Positions 11,443 through 22,945 of a DNA stretch of 64,000 nt are shown here, piece by piece; the stretch's first letter is position 1; every line of letters starts with the position of its first letter. The translations under genes were made by a program, and so were the position numbers. The notes beneath the pieces were generated by a model, which ran no database searches, was not told where the DNA came from, and saw nothing but the letters and a program-made list of their open reading frames with translations. Origin of the DNA: Kofleriaceae bacterium (lineage in GTDB: Bacteria; Myxococcota_A; Polyangia; Haliangiales; Haliangiaceae); NCBI GenBank assembly GCA_965215005.1, contig CBDCCZ010000009.1, forward strand, positions 1 through 64,000, in the 5' to 3' direction.

Positions 11443-12564
11443 TCATTGCGGGACGCGAACCGTCTGCAGGCGCACGACTCGCTCTTGCCCGCCGCGCCAA
11501 ACTCGAAACTCGATGGTTGCCTGCGGCGGCACCGTTGACAGCATCGCCGGCAAGGTTTGAGCGTCGACGGCAGCGAAGTCTTCGCCTTGGCGAGCCATGG
11601 CGGAAATGACATCGCCAGCGCGCAACCCGGCGCGCTCCGCCGGCCCGCGACTGAGCACCTCCGAGACGATCACTCCATCGCCGGAGTAGCCCACGCCTTC
11701 CCCCGGCTCGAGGGGGCGCACGAACACGCCGAGGAACGACTTCTCGAGGTGACCGCGCTCGCGCAGCGGTCCGAGCAGCTCTTTGAGTCGATTGACTGGA
11801 ACGGCGAAGCCAATATTCTGGCCCCGCACATCCATGGCGGTGGTAACGCCAATGACCTCACCGGCGGTGTTTACCAGCGGCCCGCCGGAGTTGGCCGGAT
11901 GAATTGCAGCGTCGGTTTGCAAAAACAGCCGCAGATCGGCGCCATCTTCCACCACGGGCGCTGCGCCGCGAACACTCGACACGATGCCGGCACTGGCCGT
12001 GACCTCGTCACCAAATGGGTTGCCTAACGCCAGCACCCATTCCCCCACCGCCAGCCGACTGGAGTTGCCGAGCCGCACCGGCTTGGGAGGCGTTGGCGGC
12101 TCGATCTTTAGGAGTGCGATATCGAGCGCCGGATGGCGGCCGACCACCTGCGCGGCGATGGCGCTGCCGTCGCTGAAGACCGCGGTCAGCTCGGCCGCTG
12201 TGCCGAGCACGTGATCGTTGGTCACTAGATAGCCGTCGCGATCGATGATGAAACCGGAGCCGAGAGCGGTGCTCGCTGATGCACCCGGAACGACCGAAGC
12301 AGGGCCGCCGCTCACCTCGCGCGCGGCGTGCAGCGACACCACCGAAGGTGCCAGCTCGCGCACCACCCGCGCCAGTGAGCTCACCGACGCGGGATAGTCG
12401 ATCCGAATCGGGCCATCATCCTGGGCGGCAGAAACGCCGTCTACGGGCGCGCGCGCCGCTGGAGCGGCTTCCTCTACAGGGGCATCGCTTGGCTCGACGA
12501 TGCGACAGCTGCCTGCAACCATCGCGAACGCGATAACGGCAAGCTCCAGCTCAAGCCGCACCAT
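11443..12564 (-). CDS. HtrA/DegP family serine protease with one PDZ domain
   Basis: GSGFII, VTNDHV, LDIALL, AIHPANSGGPL, C-terminal PDZ; ATG at 12564 after AGGAG. Confidence 0.9.
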   Translation of the reverse strand: MVRLELELAVIAFAMVAGSCRIVEPSDAPVEEAAPAARAPVDGVSAAQDDGPIRIDYPASVSSLARVVRELAPSVVSLHAAREVSGGPASVVPGASASTALGSGFIIDRDGYLVTNDHVLGTAAELTAVFSDGSAIAAQVVGRHPALDIALLKIEPPTPPKPVRLGNSSRLAVGEWVLALGNPFGDEVTASAGIVSSVRGAAPVVEDGADLRLFLQTDAAIHPANSGGPLVNTAGEVIGVTTAMDVRGQNIGFAVPVNRLKELLGPLRERGHLEKSFLGVFVRPLEPGEGVGYSGDGVIVSEVLSRGPAERAGLRAGDVISAMARQGEDFAAVDAQTLPAMLSTVPPQATIEFRVWRGGQERVVRLQTVRVPQ

Positions 12565-12862
12565 GCTCCTTTTGCGCATCCACGAATGCCACGCGCAAGT
12601 CATAGAGCAGGCTCGAGAGCAGCCGTGCTTCCGCCTCCTCGAGGTTGCCGCGGGTCTTTTCCTCGAGCATGCCGAGGATCTCGATGATCTGTCGCGCCGC
12701 CGGCAGATCGATGGCCGGTGCGCTCGAATCCGGCGCTGGGACCTCTCCGAGCTGAACCATCGCCGACGACGCTAACGACAGCACGAAGGTCGAGAAGTCC
12801 ATCGGCGCGAGCGCTTGCGCGGGCTCGTCATCGCTGCCTGCCACCCTCTTGGTGTCGGTCAT
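12551..12862 (-). CDS. DUF1844 domain protein
   Basis: FSTFVLSLASSAMVQLG...ARQIIEILGMLEEKTRGNL pattern. Confidence 0.85.
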   Translation of the reverse strand: MTDTKRVAGSDDEPAQALAPMDFSTFVLSLASSAMVQLGEVPAPDSSAPAIDLPAARQIIEILGMLEEKTRGNLEEAEARLLSSLLYDLRVAFVDAQKEHGAA

Positions 12863-12992
12863 GCGGCGATGATACCGCAAGACTGGCGGGCCTTTGACAG
12901 CGAGTGGCGACGATGCCACAGTACGCGAGCCCGCCAGCGGCGGGCAGCCTGCCAGCCCTTCCGCAACTCAGTTCCCAAGGAGAGTGAAGTTC

Positions 12993-14126
<1,134 letters not shown>

Positions 14127-14219
14127 GCGAGTATCGACTCGGGGAGCTTCGCTAGCGAGATTCATCAGCGCGTTGCCCGCTCACGAGTGGGCAGCGCGGG
14201 CAGGAAAGGGCGCCCTTCC

Positions 14220-15215
14220 ATGGAAGCGTCGCAGGACGTAAGAGCCATCAGCGAGCTGGTCGAGCGCGAGAGCGCGTTCGTCGACAATGTCACTGCCGAG
14301 CTCGGCAAACAGGTCATCGGCCAGCGCTACATGGTCGAGCGCATCATGATCGGCTTGTTGGCCGGTGGGCACTGCCTCATCGAGGGTGTCCCCGGCCTGG
14401 CCAAGACGCTCACCGTGAACACGCTGGCGCGTACTCTCGACGCCCGCTTCCAGCGCATTCAGTTCACCCCCGACCTGCTGCCCGCCGATATCACCGGCAC
14501 CACCATCTACAGCATGCAGTCGGGCCAGTTCACGCAGAAGAAGGGCCCGCTGTTCGCCAATCTAGTCCTCGCCGATGAAATCAATCGCGCCCCGGCCAAG
14601 GTGCAGTCGGCGCTCCTTGAGGCGATGCAAGAAAAGCAGGTCACCATCGGCGACGCGACGTTTCCGTTGCCGCAGCCGTTCCTGGTGCTCGCTACGCAAA
14701 ATCCGATCGAGCAGGAGGGCACCTATCCGCTTCCGGAGGCGCAGCTTGACCGCTTCATGTTGATGATCAAGGTCGGCTATCCCGATAAGCAAGAAGAGCG
14801 TCGAATCATGGATCTCATGACCTCACCGGTGGCGGTCGAGGTGCGGCAGGTGGCGTCGCTCGAGCAAGTCCTAGCGGCACGACGCGTCATTGGTCAAATT
14901 TACATCGACGACAAGATTCGCGACTACATCGTGGACATCGTGCATGCGACTCGCGAGCCGCGCGCGTATGGCATGGCCGAGCTCGCGGCGCTCCTCGAAT
15001 GGGGCGGCTCGCCGCGCGCCTCGATTTATTTGGCCACGGCGGCCCGGGTGCATGCGTTTCTGCGCCATCGCGGCTACGTGACGCCCGAAGACGTCAAAGC
15101 GGTGAGTCTCGATGTCCTGCGGCACCGCGTGGTGGTGAGCTACGAGGCCGAGGCCGAGGAGATCACCAGCGAAGACGTCATTCGGCGTATCTTCGAGCGC
15201 GTCGAGGTTCCCTGA
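14220..15215 (+). CDS. moxR: MoxR family AAA+ ATPase
   Basis: EGVPGLAKT, RIQFTPDLLPAD, ADEINRAP, QNPIEQEGTYPLPEAQLDRF. Confidence 0.95.
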   Translation: MEASQDVRAISELVERESAFVDNVTAELGKQVIGQRYMVERIMIGLLAGGHCLIEGVPGLAKTLTVNTLARTLDARFQRIQFTPDLLPADITGTTIYSMQSGQFTQKKGPLFANLVLADEINRAPAKVQSALLEAMQEKQVTIGDATFPLPQPFLVLATQNPIEQEGTYPLPEAQLDRFMLMIKVGYPDKQEERRIMDLMTSPVAVEVRQVASLEQVLAARRVIGQIYIDDKIRDYIVDIVHATREPRAYGMAELAALLEWGGSPRASIYLATAARVHAFLRHRGYVTPEDVKAVSLDVLRHRVVVSYEAEAEEITSEDVIRRIFERVEVP

Positions 15216-15222
15216 GGCGCCC

Positions 15223-16105
15223 GTGATTCCCCGCGAGTTGCTCAAGAAGATCCGCAAGATCGAAATCACCACCTCGCGGCTGGTGGACAGCCAGCTCGCG
15301 GGGCAATACCACTCGGTGTTCAAAGGGCGCGGTATTGCGTTCTCCGAGGTTCGCGCGTACTTGCCGGGAGATGATGTGCGCGCCATCGATTGGAACGTGT
15401 CGGCGCGCATGAACGAGCCGTACGTCAAGGTCTTCACCGAAGAGCGCGACCGCACCGTCAATCTGCTCATCGATATGAGCGCTTCCGGCTTGTTTGGCAG
15501 CCAAGAGCTGGCCAAGCGCGAGGTCGCGGCCGAGATGGCGGCGATGGTGGCGTTCTCGGCGATCAAGAACAACGACCGCGTCGGCCTCATCATCGTTACG
15601 GATCGAGTGGAGCGCTTCGTACCGCCCAAGAAGGGCAAGAAGCACGTGTTGCGAGTGATCAGCGAGATCCTCACCTTCGCGCCGCGCAGTCGGCAAACCG
15701 ATCTCGCCGCGGGCCTCGAATATCTCGGCAAGATCATGCGGCGGCGCTCCGTGGTCTTCTTGGTGTCCGATTTTTTGGCCAGCGGCTGGGAACGACCGCT
15801 GCGCATTGCCAGTCGTCGTCATGACGTCGTTCCCGTGGTGTTGACGGATCCGTTCGAGGAGCTGGTGCCGCGCCTCGGCATCGTCACGTTCGAAAGACGT
15901 CGAGTCCGGTGCGGTGGTCGAGTTCGACACCTCGGGCCCCGAGGGCCGCGACTACGCCCGCTACGTCGCCGAGCTGCGGCGACTGCGGGAGGAGGCGTTG
16001 CGGCGCCTAAGCATCGATTACGTCAACGCGCGCACCGACCGGCCGTACGTCGAGGCGCTGGTGCAGTTCTTTCGCACGCGCGCGCGGCGCATGGTTCACC
16101 ACTGA
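15223..16105 (+). CDS. DUF58 protein split by an apparent +1 frameshift at about 15893
   Basis: KGRGIAFSEVRAYLPGDDVRAIDWNVSAR; deleting one A from GAAAGAC restores ...VTFEDVESGAVVEFDT... in frame with ORF 15914..16105. Confidence 0.85.
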
Positions 16106-17092
16106 TGGCGCAACCCGCACTCGCCCGCGGCGCGTGGCTGGCTCTATGCGCGGCGCTCATCGCAGCACCCCAGCGCGGCTGCAGCGCAAGACGCAACCCA
16201 GATGGCCGCGCCCATTGCCGATGAGCCGCAGGTCAAGGCCGCCGCGTCGGCCCTGGAGGTGCCGCTAGGCCAGCCCTTCATCGTGTTCGTCACCGCCTCT
16301 GCTGCGCCCGCCGTGGCCGAGCTCAATCTGCGCGGCTCCATCGATCTTGGCCCTGCCTTCGAGGTCGTGCGTGAGGTGAGCACGGTGCGCCGTGATCGCG
16401 ACGGCATGGTGGTGCACGAGTTCGAGCTCGAGGTCATGCCGTGGCAGGTCGGAGAGCTGCAGTTGCCACCGATCGAGGTCGTATGGGCGGCCAAAGGCGT
16501 TGCTCGCAGCGTCTATACTGAACCGCTGGGGATTCGCGTGGTGAGCTTCGTCGGTGAAGGCTCCGAGGAGCTGCGGCCGAGGGCTCCGCCGATTTCGTGG
16601 CTGCGTCGCGACCGCACCATGATGCTCGTCATCGGGGTCGGCGCGGCAGCCGTTGCCTTGGCGGCGGTGGTGCTGTGGTGGCGAGCGCGGCAGAGGCGGC
16701 GACCTTCGGCAGTGGTCGTGGCCGCGGATGCCGCGGTCGAGCACTCGGCGGAAACCGAGGCGTTGGCGCGGCTCGAGGCGCTGGCCACCAGCGGTGCGCT
16801 TCAGCGGCCAGATAGCAGGGCCGGCTACGCCGAGCTCTCGGAGATCATGCGCCGATATCTCGGCCGCCGATTCGGATTTGCGGTGACCGATCAAACGACC
16901 CCGGAGCTGAAAAATCAGCTCCTCGTATTAGCCCCTGAGCACGCCGAGCGCCTGGCGCGATGGCTCGAGCACTGCGACTTGGTAAAGTTTGCGGCTGCGC
17001 AACCAGCGGCGGAAGAGAGCCATGCGATGCTGACGCAGGCCCAAACGATCATCCAGCAGACGCGGCCGACCCCAGGAGACCGCGGTGGCTAA
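16105..17092 (+). CDS. Bat-operon exported/membrane protein (BatD-like Ig domain plus TM helix); apparent +1 frameshift at about 16170
   Basis: TGATG coupling at 16103-16107; signal peptide joins ORF 16202..17092 if one C of CCCC is removed; YLGRRF..DQTTPE..CDLVKFA C-terminus. Confidence 0.75.
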
Positions 17093-18158
17093 GCGACGGG
17101 TCACGCTCCCCGCGCTGATGCCGTACGTGCTGCTGGTGGTCATCGGCGGCGCGTTGACGCCGTGGCTTTGGTCCGAGCTCGGCGACCGCGCTGAGCCGGT
17201 GAGCTGGCTGGAGCCGGGGGCGCTGGTGCTCCTGTCGGCGTGCGCGCTGCTGGCGTGGGTGAGCTTTCATCTGCGCGTGCATCGCGCTCCCACCATGGCG
17301 TTCTCACGCGTGGCGGACCTGGCCATGATGCGCCGCGGAGCACTGTCGTATCTGGTGACGCTACCGAACGTGTTGCGCGTGCTCGCGGTGGGCCTCATCG
17401 CTCTCGCACTGGCGCGGCCGCAGAGCTATCGCGAGGAGGTCATCGAGGTCGAAGGCATCGACATCATGGTGGTCCTCGATCTGTCGAAGTCGATGGAGGA
17501 GCGCGACCTGCGCCGCAACCGCCTCGATGCGGGGCAGCGCACGATCCGCAACTTTCTGCGCAACCGCGAGGCTGACCGGGTTGGGTTGGTGGTGTTCGCT
17601 CAGGCGGCAATGCTGCAGGCGCCGCTAACCACCGACTATCGCGCGCTCGAGCAAATCGTTGCCGACTTGGCCATCGGTGACGTTCCGGAAATGGGCACCG
17701 CCATCGGTGACGCGCTGGCGCTGGCGCTGGCCAACCTGCGTCGCTCCGATGCCAAGTCCAAAGTGGTCATCCTGCTCTCGGATGGCGACTCCAACGTCAT
17801 CACCAAGTTCGATCCTCTAGAGGCCAAGAAACTGGCTGAGCAAATGGGAGTGCGGGTGTTCACGATTTTGCTCGGCCGGGAAAGCGGCGCAGCGCTCGGC
17901 GGCGGGCGGTATTCGGTGAACCCCGCGCTGCTTGCCGATATCGCGCGCGACACCGGCGGAATGTTCTTTCGCGCCGGCGACGACGCCGCGTTGGAGAAGA
18001 GCTTCGAAACGGCGGCCAAAACGCTCGAAAAAACCAGGCGACGGGTGATCGGTCGCGTCGCCCATGGCGAGCTCTTCGCGCTGCTGGTGTGGCCGGCGCT
18101 GATCCTGCTCCTGCTCGAGTTGGCGTTGCGGCTAACGCGGTGGCGGAGGTTTCCGTGA
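17085..18158 (+). CDS. batA: VWA domain protein, BatA-like
   Basis: ALARP, MIDAS DLSKSM, GTAIGD, LLSDG. Confidence 0.85.
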   Translation: MAKRRVTLPALMPYVLLVVIGGALTPWLWSELGDRAEPVSWLEPGALVLLSACALLAWVSFHLRVHRAPTMAFSRVADLAMMRRGALSYLVTLPNVLRVLAVGLIALALARPQSYREEVIEVEGIDIMVVLDLSKSMEERDLRRNRLDAGQRTIRNFLRNREADRVGLVVFAQAAMLQAPLTTDYRALEQIVADLAIGDVPEMGTAIGDALALALANLRRSDAKSKVVILLSDGDSNVITKFDPLEAKKLAEQMGVRVFTILLGRESGAALGGGRYSVNPALLADIARDTGGMFFRAGDDAALEKSFETAAKTLEKTRRRVIGRVAHGELFALLVWPALILLLLELALRLTRWRRFP

Positions 18159-19294
18159 GCTTCTTTGCCCAGGCGCATACCTGGATCTTCCTCGCAGCGA
18201 CAGCGCTGGGGGTCACGATCGCCTTTGCGTTGGATTACACGCGCCGTCGCCGAGCGCTGGAGAGCATCGGCCAGCCGCGGCAGCTCGAGCGCATGATGGC
18301 CTCGCTATCCCGGCGCCGGCGGGTGCTCAAAGCCATTCTCTTCACCGTCGCGCTCACCCTGATCGTGGCCGCGCTCGGGCGACCGCGGGTCGAGGGGGAG
18401 GTCCGCTGGGCGAAGCGGGGCATCGATTTAGCGATAGTGATGGATTATTCGAAGTCGATGTTGGCTCGCGACGTCTATCCGAGCCGGCTCGAGCGCATGA
18501 CCCGCGAGGTCGACACGTTGCTCGACGAGCTCGACTCCGACCGTGTCGCCGTGGTGGCGTATGCGGGCGCAGCAGCGCACTTCCCGCTCACGCATGACCA
18601 TCTCGCGGCGCGTAGCGTCTTTCGCGGATTGTCGCCCGCGGACCTGCCGCCAGGCTCCAACTTAGGCGAAGCCATTCTCACTGCGCGCTGCGCGCTGCGC
18701 CCGGAGCTTCTCGAGGAAGCGGGATGTGAAAAGGTTGGCGGTCGCGGCGGTGGTGGCGCGCCGCTAACCGAGGAGGCTCCGGCGAAGACCCCGCTTCCGG
18801 GGCTCGAGGCGCGGCAGCAACGCGGTCGTGCCCTGGTGGTGTTCACCGACGGGGAGGATTCCGGAGGGAACGCTCGCGCCGAGATCGAGCGCGCGGTCAC
18901 GCAGGGGATTCACGTCTACTTGGTGGGAGTCGGTACTCGAAGTGGCGAGCTGATACCCGAGCGCGACGAGCTCGGCAACGACATCGGATGGAAGAAGACA
19001 GACGATGGCAAGTCGTTTGTCACCACGCGGCTCGATGAGGCGGGGCTGCGCGCGCTGGCCGAGGCCGCCGGTGGAGCAGGGCATTACCTTGCTCTGGACC
19101 CGAAAGCCGCGGGCGCAACGGAGCTGCTCACGGCGCTGCGGCGGGTCAAAAAGGGCGACCTCGATGAGCGCTTCATCTCTCAGCCGGTCGAGGTCTACTC
19201 GTGGCTCCTGTTCCCGGCGTTCTTGCTGCTCGTCCTGGAGGCGTGCATCAGCGAGCGCAAGCGGAGCGCGCGGTTGCGAGCGCCGCTGTCATGA
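18155..19294 (+). CDS. batB: VWA domain protein, BatB-like
   Basis: ALGRP, DYSKSM, PSRL, PLTHD, FTDGED; GTGA overlap with batA. Confidence 0.85.
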   Translation: MSFFAQAHTWIFLAATALGVTIAFALDYTRRRRALESIGQPRQLERMMASLSRRRRVLKAILFTVALTLIVAALGRPRVEGEVRWAKRGIDLAIVMDYSKSMLARDVYPSRLERMTREVDTLLDELDSDRVAVVAYAGAAAHFPLTHDHLAARSVFRGLSPADLPPGSNLGEAILTARCALRPELLEEAGCEKVGGRGGGGAPLTEEAPAKTPLPGLEARQQRGRALVVFTDGEDSGGNARAEIERAVTQGIHVYLVGVGTRSGELIPERDELGNDIGWKKTDDGKSFVTTRLDEAGLRALAEAAGGAGHYLALDPKAAGATELLTALRRVKKGDLDERFISQPVEVYSWLLFPAFLLLVLEACISERKRSARLRAPLS

Positions 19295-19366
19295 CGGCGG
19301 TCGTCCGACGCCGCGGGATTACCTACGCCGGAACCACGAGGCGGGCGCGGGAGCTATGCTGGCGCT

Positions 19367-20269
19367 GTGCACGGCAACGCAGGTGACAGGCGTCTGGCCG
19401 CCAGGATGAGTTTCCTCGTCGCGCTCTCGCTGCTCGGCGGCTGGAGCTGGTTGAAAACGCCAGACCCCCAGATCGAGCGTGGCAACGACCGTTACGAGGC
19501 CAAGGATTACCTCGGTGCGGTCGCCGCGTATGAGGCCGCGGGACAGGAAGGCGCGGCGCACATTGCGCAGTTCGACGCCGGCACCGCGCTGTTGGCATTG
19601 GCGGAGCAGCGCCAGGGGCCAGAGCGCGAGGCGCTGTTGAGCCGCGCGGAAGAAGCGCTGCGTCGGGCGGCGAGCGCGCCCTCGGCTTCGCTGCGCTCAC
19701 GGGCCTACTACAATCTCGGCAACGCGAGCTTTTTGCGCGAGCGTTGGAGCGACGCCGTCGCTGCCTACAAGAAAGCCCTGCGCGCCGACCCGCTCAACGA
19801 CGACGCGCGCTACAACCTCGAGCTCGCGCAGCGCAAGCACCGCGACGAGCAAGCGCAGCAGCAGGGGCAGCAGGGGCAAGCGCAGCAACAGGGGCAACAG
19901 GATCGCCAGGATTCCGGCGGTGACGGGCCCGCGCAACCTCCCGATGACGCCAGCGATGGCGACGCGGAGCCGTCAGGCCAGAAATCCGGCTCTCCGCCGC
20001 CTTCCGGTTCCTCCAATGAGCCGCGCTCTGCCGATCCGAGCCAGCCGCCGTCGCCGAGCGCTGCGGATCGTTCTTCGTCGGGGCAGCGGGGGCAAAATTC
20101 TGCGGGCGAGCCGCAAGAGCCACCCGCCGAGCCGGACGAAGCGCCACCGAGCGAGCTCGACCGCAAGCTCGACTACCTCGAGCGGATGAGCCGCGAGCTG
20201 CGCCGCGAGCGATTCCACGGGGGTGGCCAAGGCCGCTCTAGGCAAGGAAACGATGTCCAGGACTGGTAG
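19367..20269 (+). CDS. batC: TPR protein with a Gln/Pro-rich tail, BatC-like
   Basis: AYYNLGNA, YKKALRADPLNDDARYNLE, terminal DW; start uncertain. Confidence 0.8.
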   Translation: MHGNAGDRRLAARMSFLVALSLLGGWSWLKTPDPQIERGNDRYEAKDYLGAVAAYEAAGQEGAAHIAQFDAGTALLALAEQRQGPEREALLSRAEEALRRAASAPSASLRSRAYYNLGNASFLRERWSDAVAAYKKALRADPLNDDARYNLELAQRKHRDEQAQQQGQQGQAQQQGQQDRQDSGGDGPAQPPDDASDGDAEPSGQKSGSPPPSGSSNEPRSADPSQPPSPSAADRSSSGQRGQNSAGEPQEPPAEPDEAPPSELDRKLDYLERMSRELRRERFHGGGQGRSRQGNDVQDW

Positions 20270-22118
20270 CCAGTCGCGGCTAACGCTCGTGATGCTCGCG
20301 GTTAGCGCGTTGCTTGCGCCGCGGGCGCTGGCGCAGTCGCCCTCGAAGCTATCGCTGGAAGTGTCTCCCAAGGCGGGCACGATCGCGCAGACCTTCACTG
20401 CCACCGTCACGGTCGAGGTTCCGGGACTGGCCGGCCCCGATCGCTACTGGATGCCAGACTTCGGCGACTTCAAAGTCATCGACACGCAGTTCCAAACGAC
20501 CACCACGATGCAAACCGACGCCAGGCGCGGCAAGCAGCTCACCACCATCGAGACTCGTCGCTACATCCTCGAGGCTCAGCGGGCTGGGCGGCTGCGGGTC
20601 GGGCCGGCTCGAGTGCTCCTCGGCGGCAAAGAACACCAAACCCGTCCAACCTACGTTCGAGTGCTCGATGCTGGCACCGCGGCGGCAGCGCCGCTTCTCG
20701 ATAGCGCCACCGATCCGACCGCCACTGGCGGAGTGGGCGCGCCGGGCTTCACTCCGCCAGTGGCGCGGTTGGCCGCCAAGGACATGTTCCTGCACGCGGT
20801 CGCCGATCGCCAACAGGTCTACGAAGGCGAGCAGGTCACCGTCACCTGGCTGCTCTACACCCGCAGCGAGATTCTCAAGTTCGAGCCACGGCCACCGCAG
20901 CTCGACGACTTGTGGTCCGAGGTGTTGTACGAGCCGGATAGCTACTTTCGCTATTACAGCGATGAGGTCGGAGGCGTGCCGTACCAAGTCGCAATCGTCT
21001 CCAAGCGCGCGGTCTTTCCTACTCGCACTGGCAAGGTCGAAGTTGCTCCATTTGCCGCGGAGGTCGCGGGCCTGTACACGCCGCTTGGTGAGACCACCGC
21101 GCTGACCAGCGAGCCGATTACGCTCGACGTCAAGCCGCTGCCATCGGGCGCCCCACCGGGGTTCGATTCCAGCTACGTCGGCGTGTACTCGGTCGAGGCC
21201 GAGGCCGATCGCGAGCGGCTGGATGCGGGCGAGGCCCTCACGATCACCGTTACCGTGCGTGGCGAAGGAGCCATTCGCCGCACCAGCGCACCGTCGCTAC
21301 GAGCGCCAGGATTCGAGCTTCGAGCACCGCGCGATTTCGATGAACGGGTAGAAACCGCGGGCGATTTGGTCCGCGGCGAGCGCGTCTATCGCTACTGGAC
21401 CACGCCCACGCAAGCCGGCGAGCAGGTTATCCCGCCAGTCACTCTGGTTTACTTCAATCCGCGCACCGCAGCCTATGAACGAGCCGCATCGGAGCCAATC
21501 GAGCTGACGGTCAGTGGTGATCCAGCGGCGTCGGGGCGGAGCGATGCACGCCGTGAAAACTTGATTGGTCGCGACATCCGCGTGCTGCGTGCCGGCGCGA
21601 CCATCGGTACGCGAACCACGGCGCAGCTTTATCAGCGGCCGTGGTATTGGGCGCTGTTTTCGCTGCCGATCCTCGGGTTCGTAGGCTTGGTGATCGTCGA
21701 CCGCGTGCGCGAGGGGCTGCGCAAGGACACGCTGCGCTCACGGCTCCGCCGCGCCCGCGGGCGCGCGCGCCGGCGCTTCCGCGTCGCTGAGATGCATCTG
21801 CGCGGCAATCGCCCGAGCAACTACTTTGGTGAGCTGGCGCGGGTCATCTACGACTTTCTCGAGGAGCGAGTTGGTCAGCCGGTTGGCTCGATGACACGTG
21901 AGCAGCTCGGTGCGTTCCTCAGCTCCCGCGGATTCCGCTCCACCACCATCGAACGCATCCAACACGAGCTCGAGAGCTGCGACTACGCCCGGTTTGCGCC
22001 GACGGCTGCCGGACCCGATGAAATGCGCCAGGCCAAAGCCCGCGTGCAGGCGCTGCTGCGAGACATCGAGAACCAACGCCCGTCAAAGCGGCAAGAAGCG
22101 CAAGGAATCGGCCAGTGA
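20253..22118 (+). CDS. batD: BatD family protein
   Basis: Signal peptide, repeated beta-rich domains (VYEGEQV; DAGEALTITVTVRGEG), TM helix, CDYARFAP. Confidence 0.85.
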   Translation: MSRTGSQSRLTLVMLAVSALLAPRALAQSPSKLSLEVSPKAGTIAQTFTATVTVEVPGLAGPDRYWMPDFGDFKVIDTQFQTTTTMQTDARRGKQLTTIETRRYILEAQRAGRLRVGPARVLLGGKEHQTRPTYVRVLDAGTAAAAPLLDSATDPTATGGVGAPGFTPPVARLAAKDMFLHAVADRQQVYEGEQVTVTWLLYTRSEILKFEPRPPQLDDLWSEVLYEPDSYFRYYSDEVGGVPYQVAIVSKRAVFPTRTGKVEVAPFAAEVAGLYTPLGETTALTSEPITLDVKPLPSGAPPGFDSSYVGVYSVEAEADRERLDAGEALTITVTVRGEGAIRRTSAPSLRAPGFELRAPRDFDERVETAGDLVRGERVYRYWTTPTQAGEQVIPPVTLVYFNPRTAAYERAASEPIELTVSGDPAASGRSDARRENLIGRDIRVLRAGATIGTRTTAQLYQRPWYWALFSLPILGFVGLVIVDRVREGLRKDTLRSRLRRARGRARRRFRVAEMHLRGNRPSNYFGELARVIYDFLEERVGQPVGSMTREQLGAFLSSRGFRSTTIERIQHELESCDYARFAPTAAGPDEMRQAKARVQALLRDIENQRPSKRQEAQGIGQ

Positions 22119-22876
22119 AGGAGACGCTGGCGCTGATTGCCTTCGCTGTGGTGGTTACCGTGGCGATACCGGTGCGGGCGCAGTCGAGCTACGAGGACGC
22201 CCATGCCGCCTATGAAAGCGGCGATTACCGCCGCGCGGCCGAGCTCTACGAGGCACTCGTCGACGCCGGCGTGGTTCACGAGGATCTGTTCTACAATCTC
22301 GGCAACGCCTACTTTCGCGCTGGCGAGCTCGGACCCGCGATCTTCAACTATGAGCGTGCTCTTCGGGTCGAGCCGCACTTCGCCGATGCTCGCTACAACC
22401 TCGGCGTCGCGCGCGAAGCGGTCGCCGAAACCGTCGTCGATCGGCTCGAGCGAGCTGCCGATACATCGTGGCATGCGCGGCTGTTCTCGTACCTGCCGCT
22501 CGCCGATGTCATGCTTGCGCTGCTGCTACTGGAGCTCCTTTTGTTCGCGGCGCTGGTGGCTTCGCGCTTTCTCGAAGCCGGCTTTGTGCGTACTGCCGTG
22601 GTGGTTGCCGTAGTCTTCTTAGGAGTGGCCTTTGGCGTCGCGCTGGTGCTCACGGTAGGCGCGATTCGCGAGCGCGAGACCAAGACCACCGGCATCGTGT
22701 TGCCAGATGAGGTCGAGCTTCGCGAAGGTCCCGACGAGGGCTCGGTTGCGCGCAGCTCGATTCACGCTGGGCTCCGCGTCGAGATCGTCGACCGCGACGG
22801 AGCATGGTCTCGGGTGCGTCTTGGTAACGGTGTGGAAGGGTGGGTGCTGCAGCGCGCGATCGGAACGTTGCGCTAG
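22115..22876 (+). CDS. batE: TPR plus SH3 protein, BatE-like
   Basis: FYNLGNAYFR, two TM helices, C-terminal SH3b-like WSRVRLGNGVEGWV. Confidence 0.85.
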   Translation: MKETLALIAFAVVVTVAIPVRAQSSYEDAHAAYESGDYRRAAELYEALVDAGVVHEDLFYNLGNAYFRAGELGPAIFNYERALRVEPHFADARYNLGVAREAVAETVVDRLERAADTSWHARLFSYLPLADVMLALLLLELLLFAALVASRFLEAGFVRTAVVVAVVFLGVAFGVALVLTVGAIRERETKTTGIVLPDEVELREGPDEGSVARSSIHAGLRVEIVDRDGAWSRVRLGNGVEGWVLQRAIGTLR

Positions 22877-22945
22877 CTCCTCATCGCATCGCACATCGAT
22901 GGCGCGGTCAGAAACTGCGCTCTCCGCGTCTGTTACGATGATCGA

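Noticed and set aside
15890..15900. Programmed frameshift in DUF58
   Set aside because: No slippery heptamer or evident stimulator; same-direction indels elsewhere favour sequencing error
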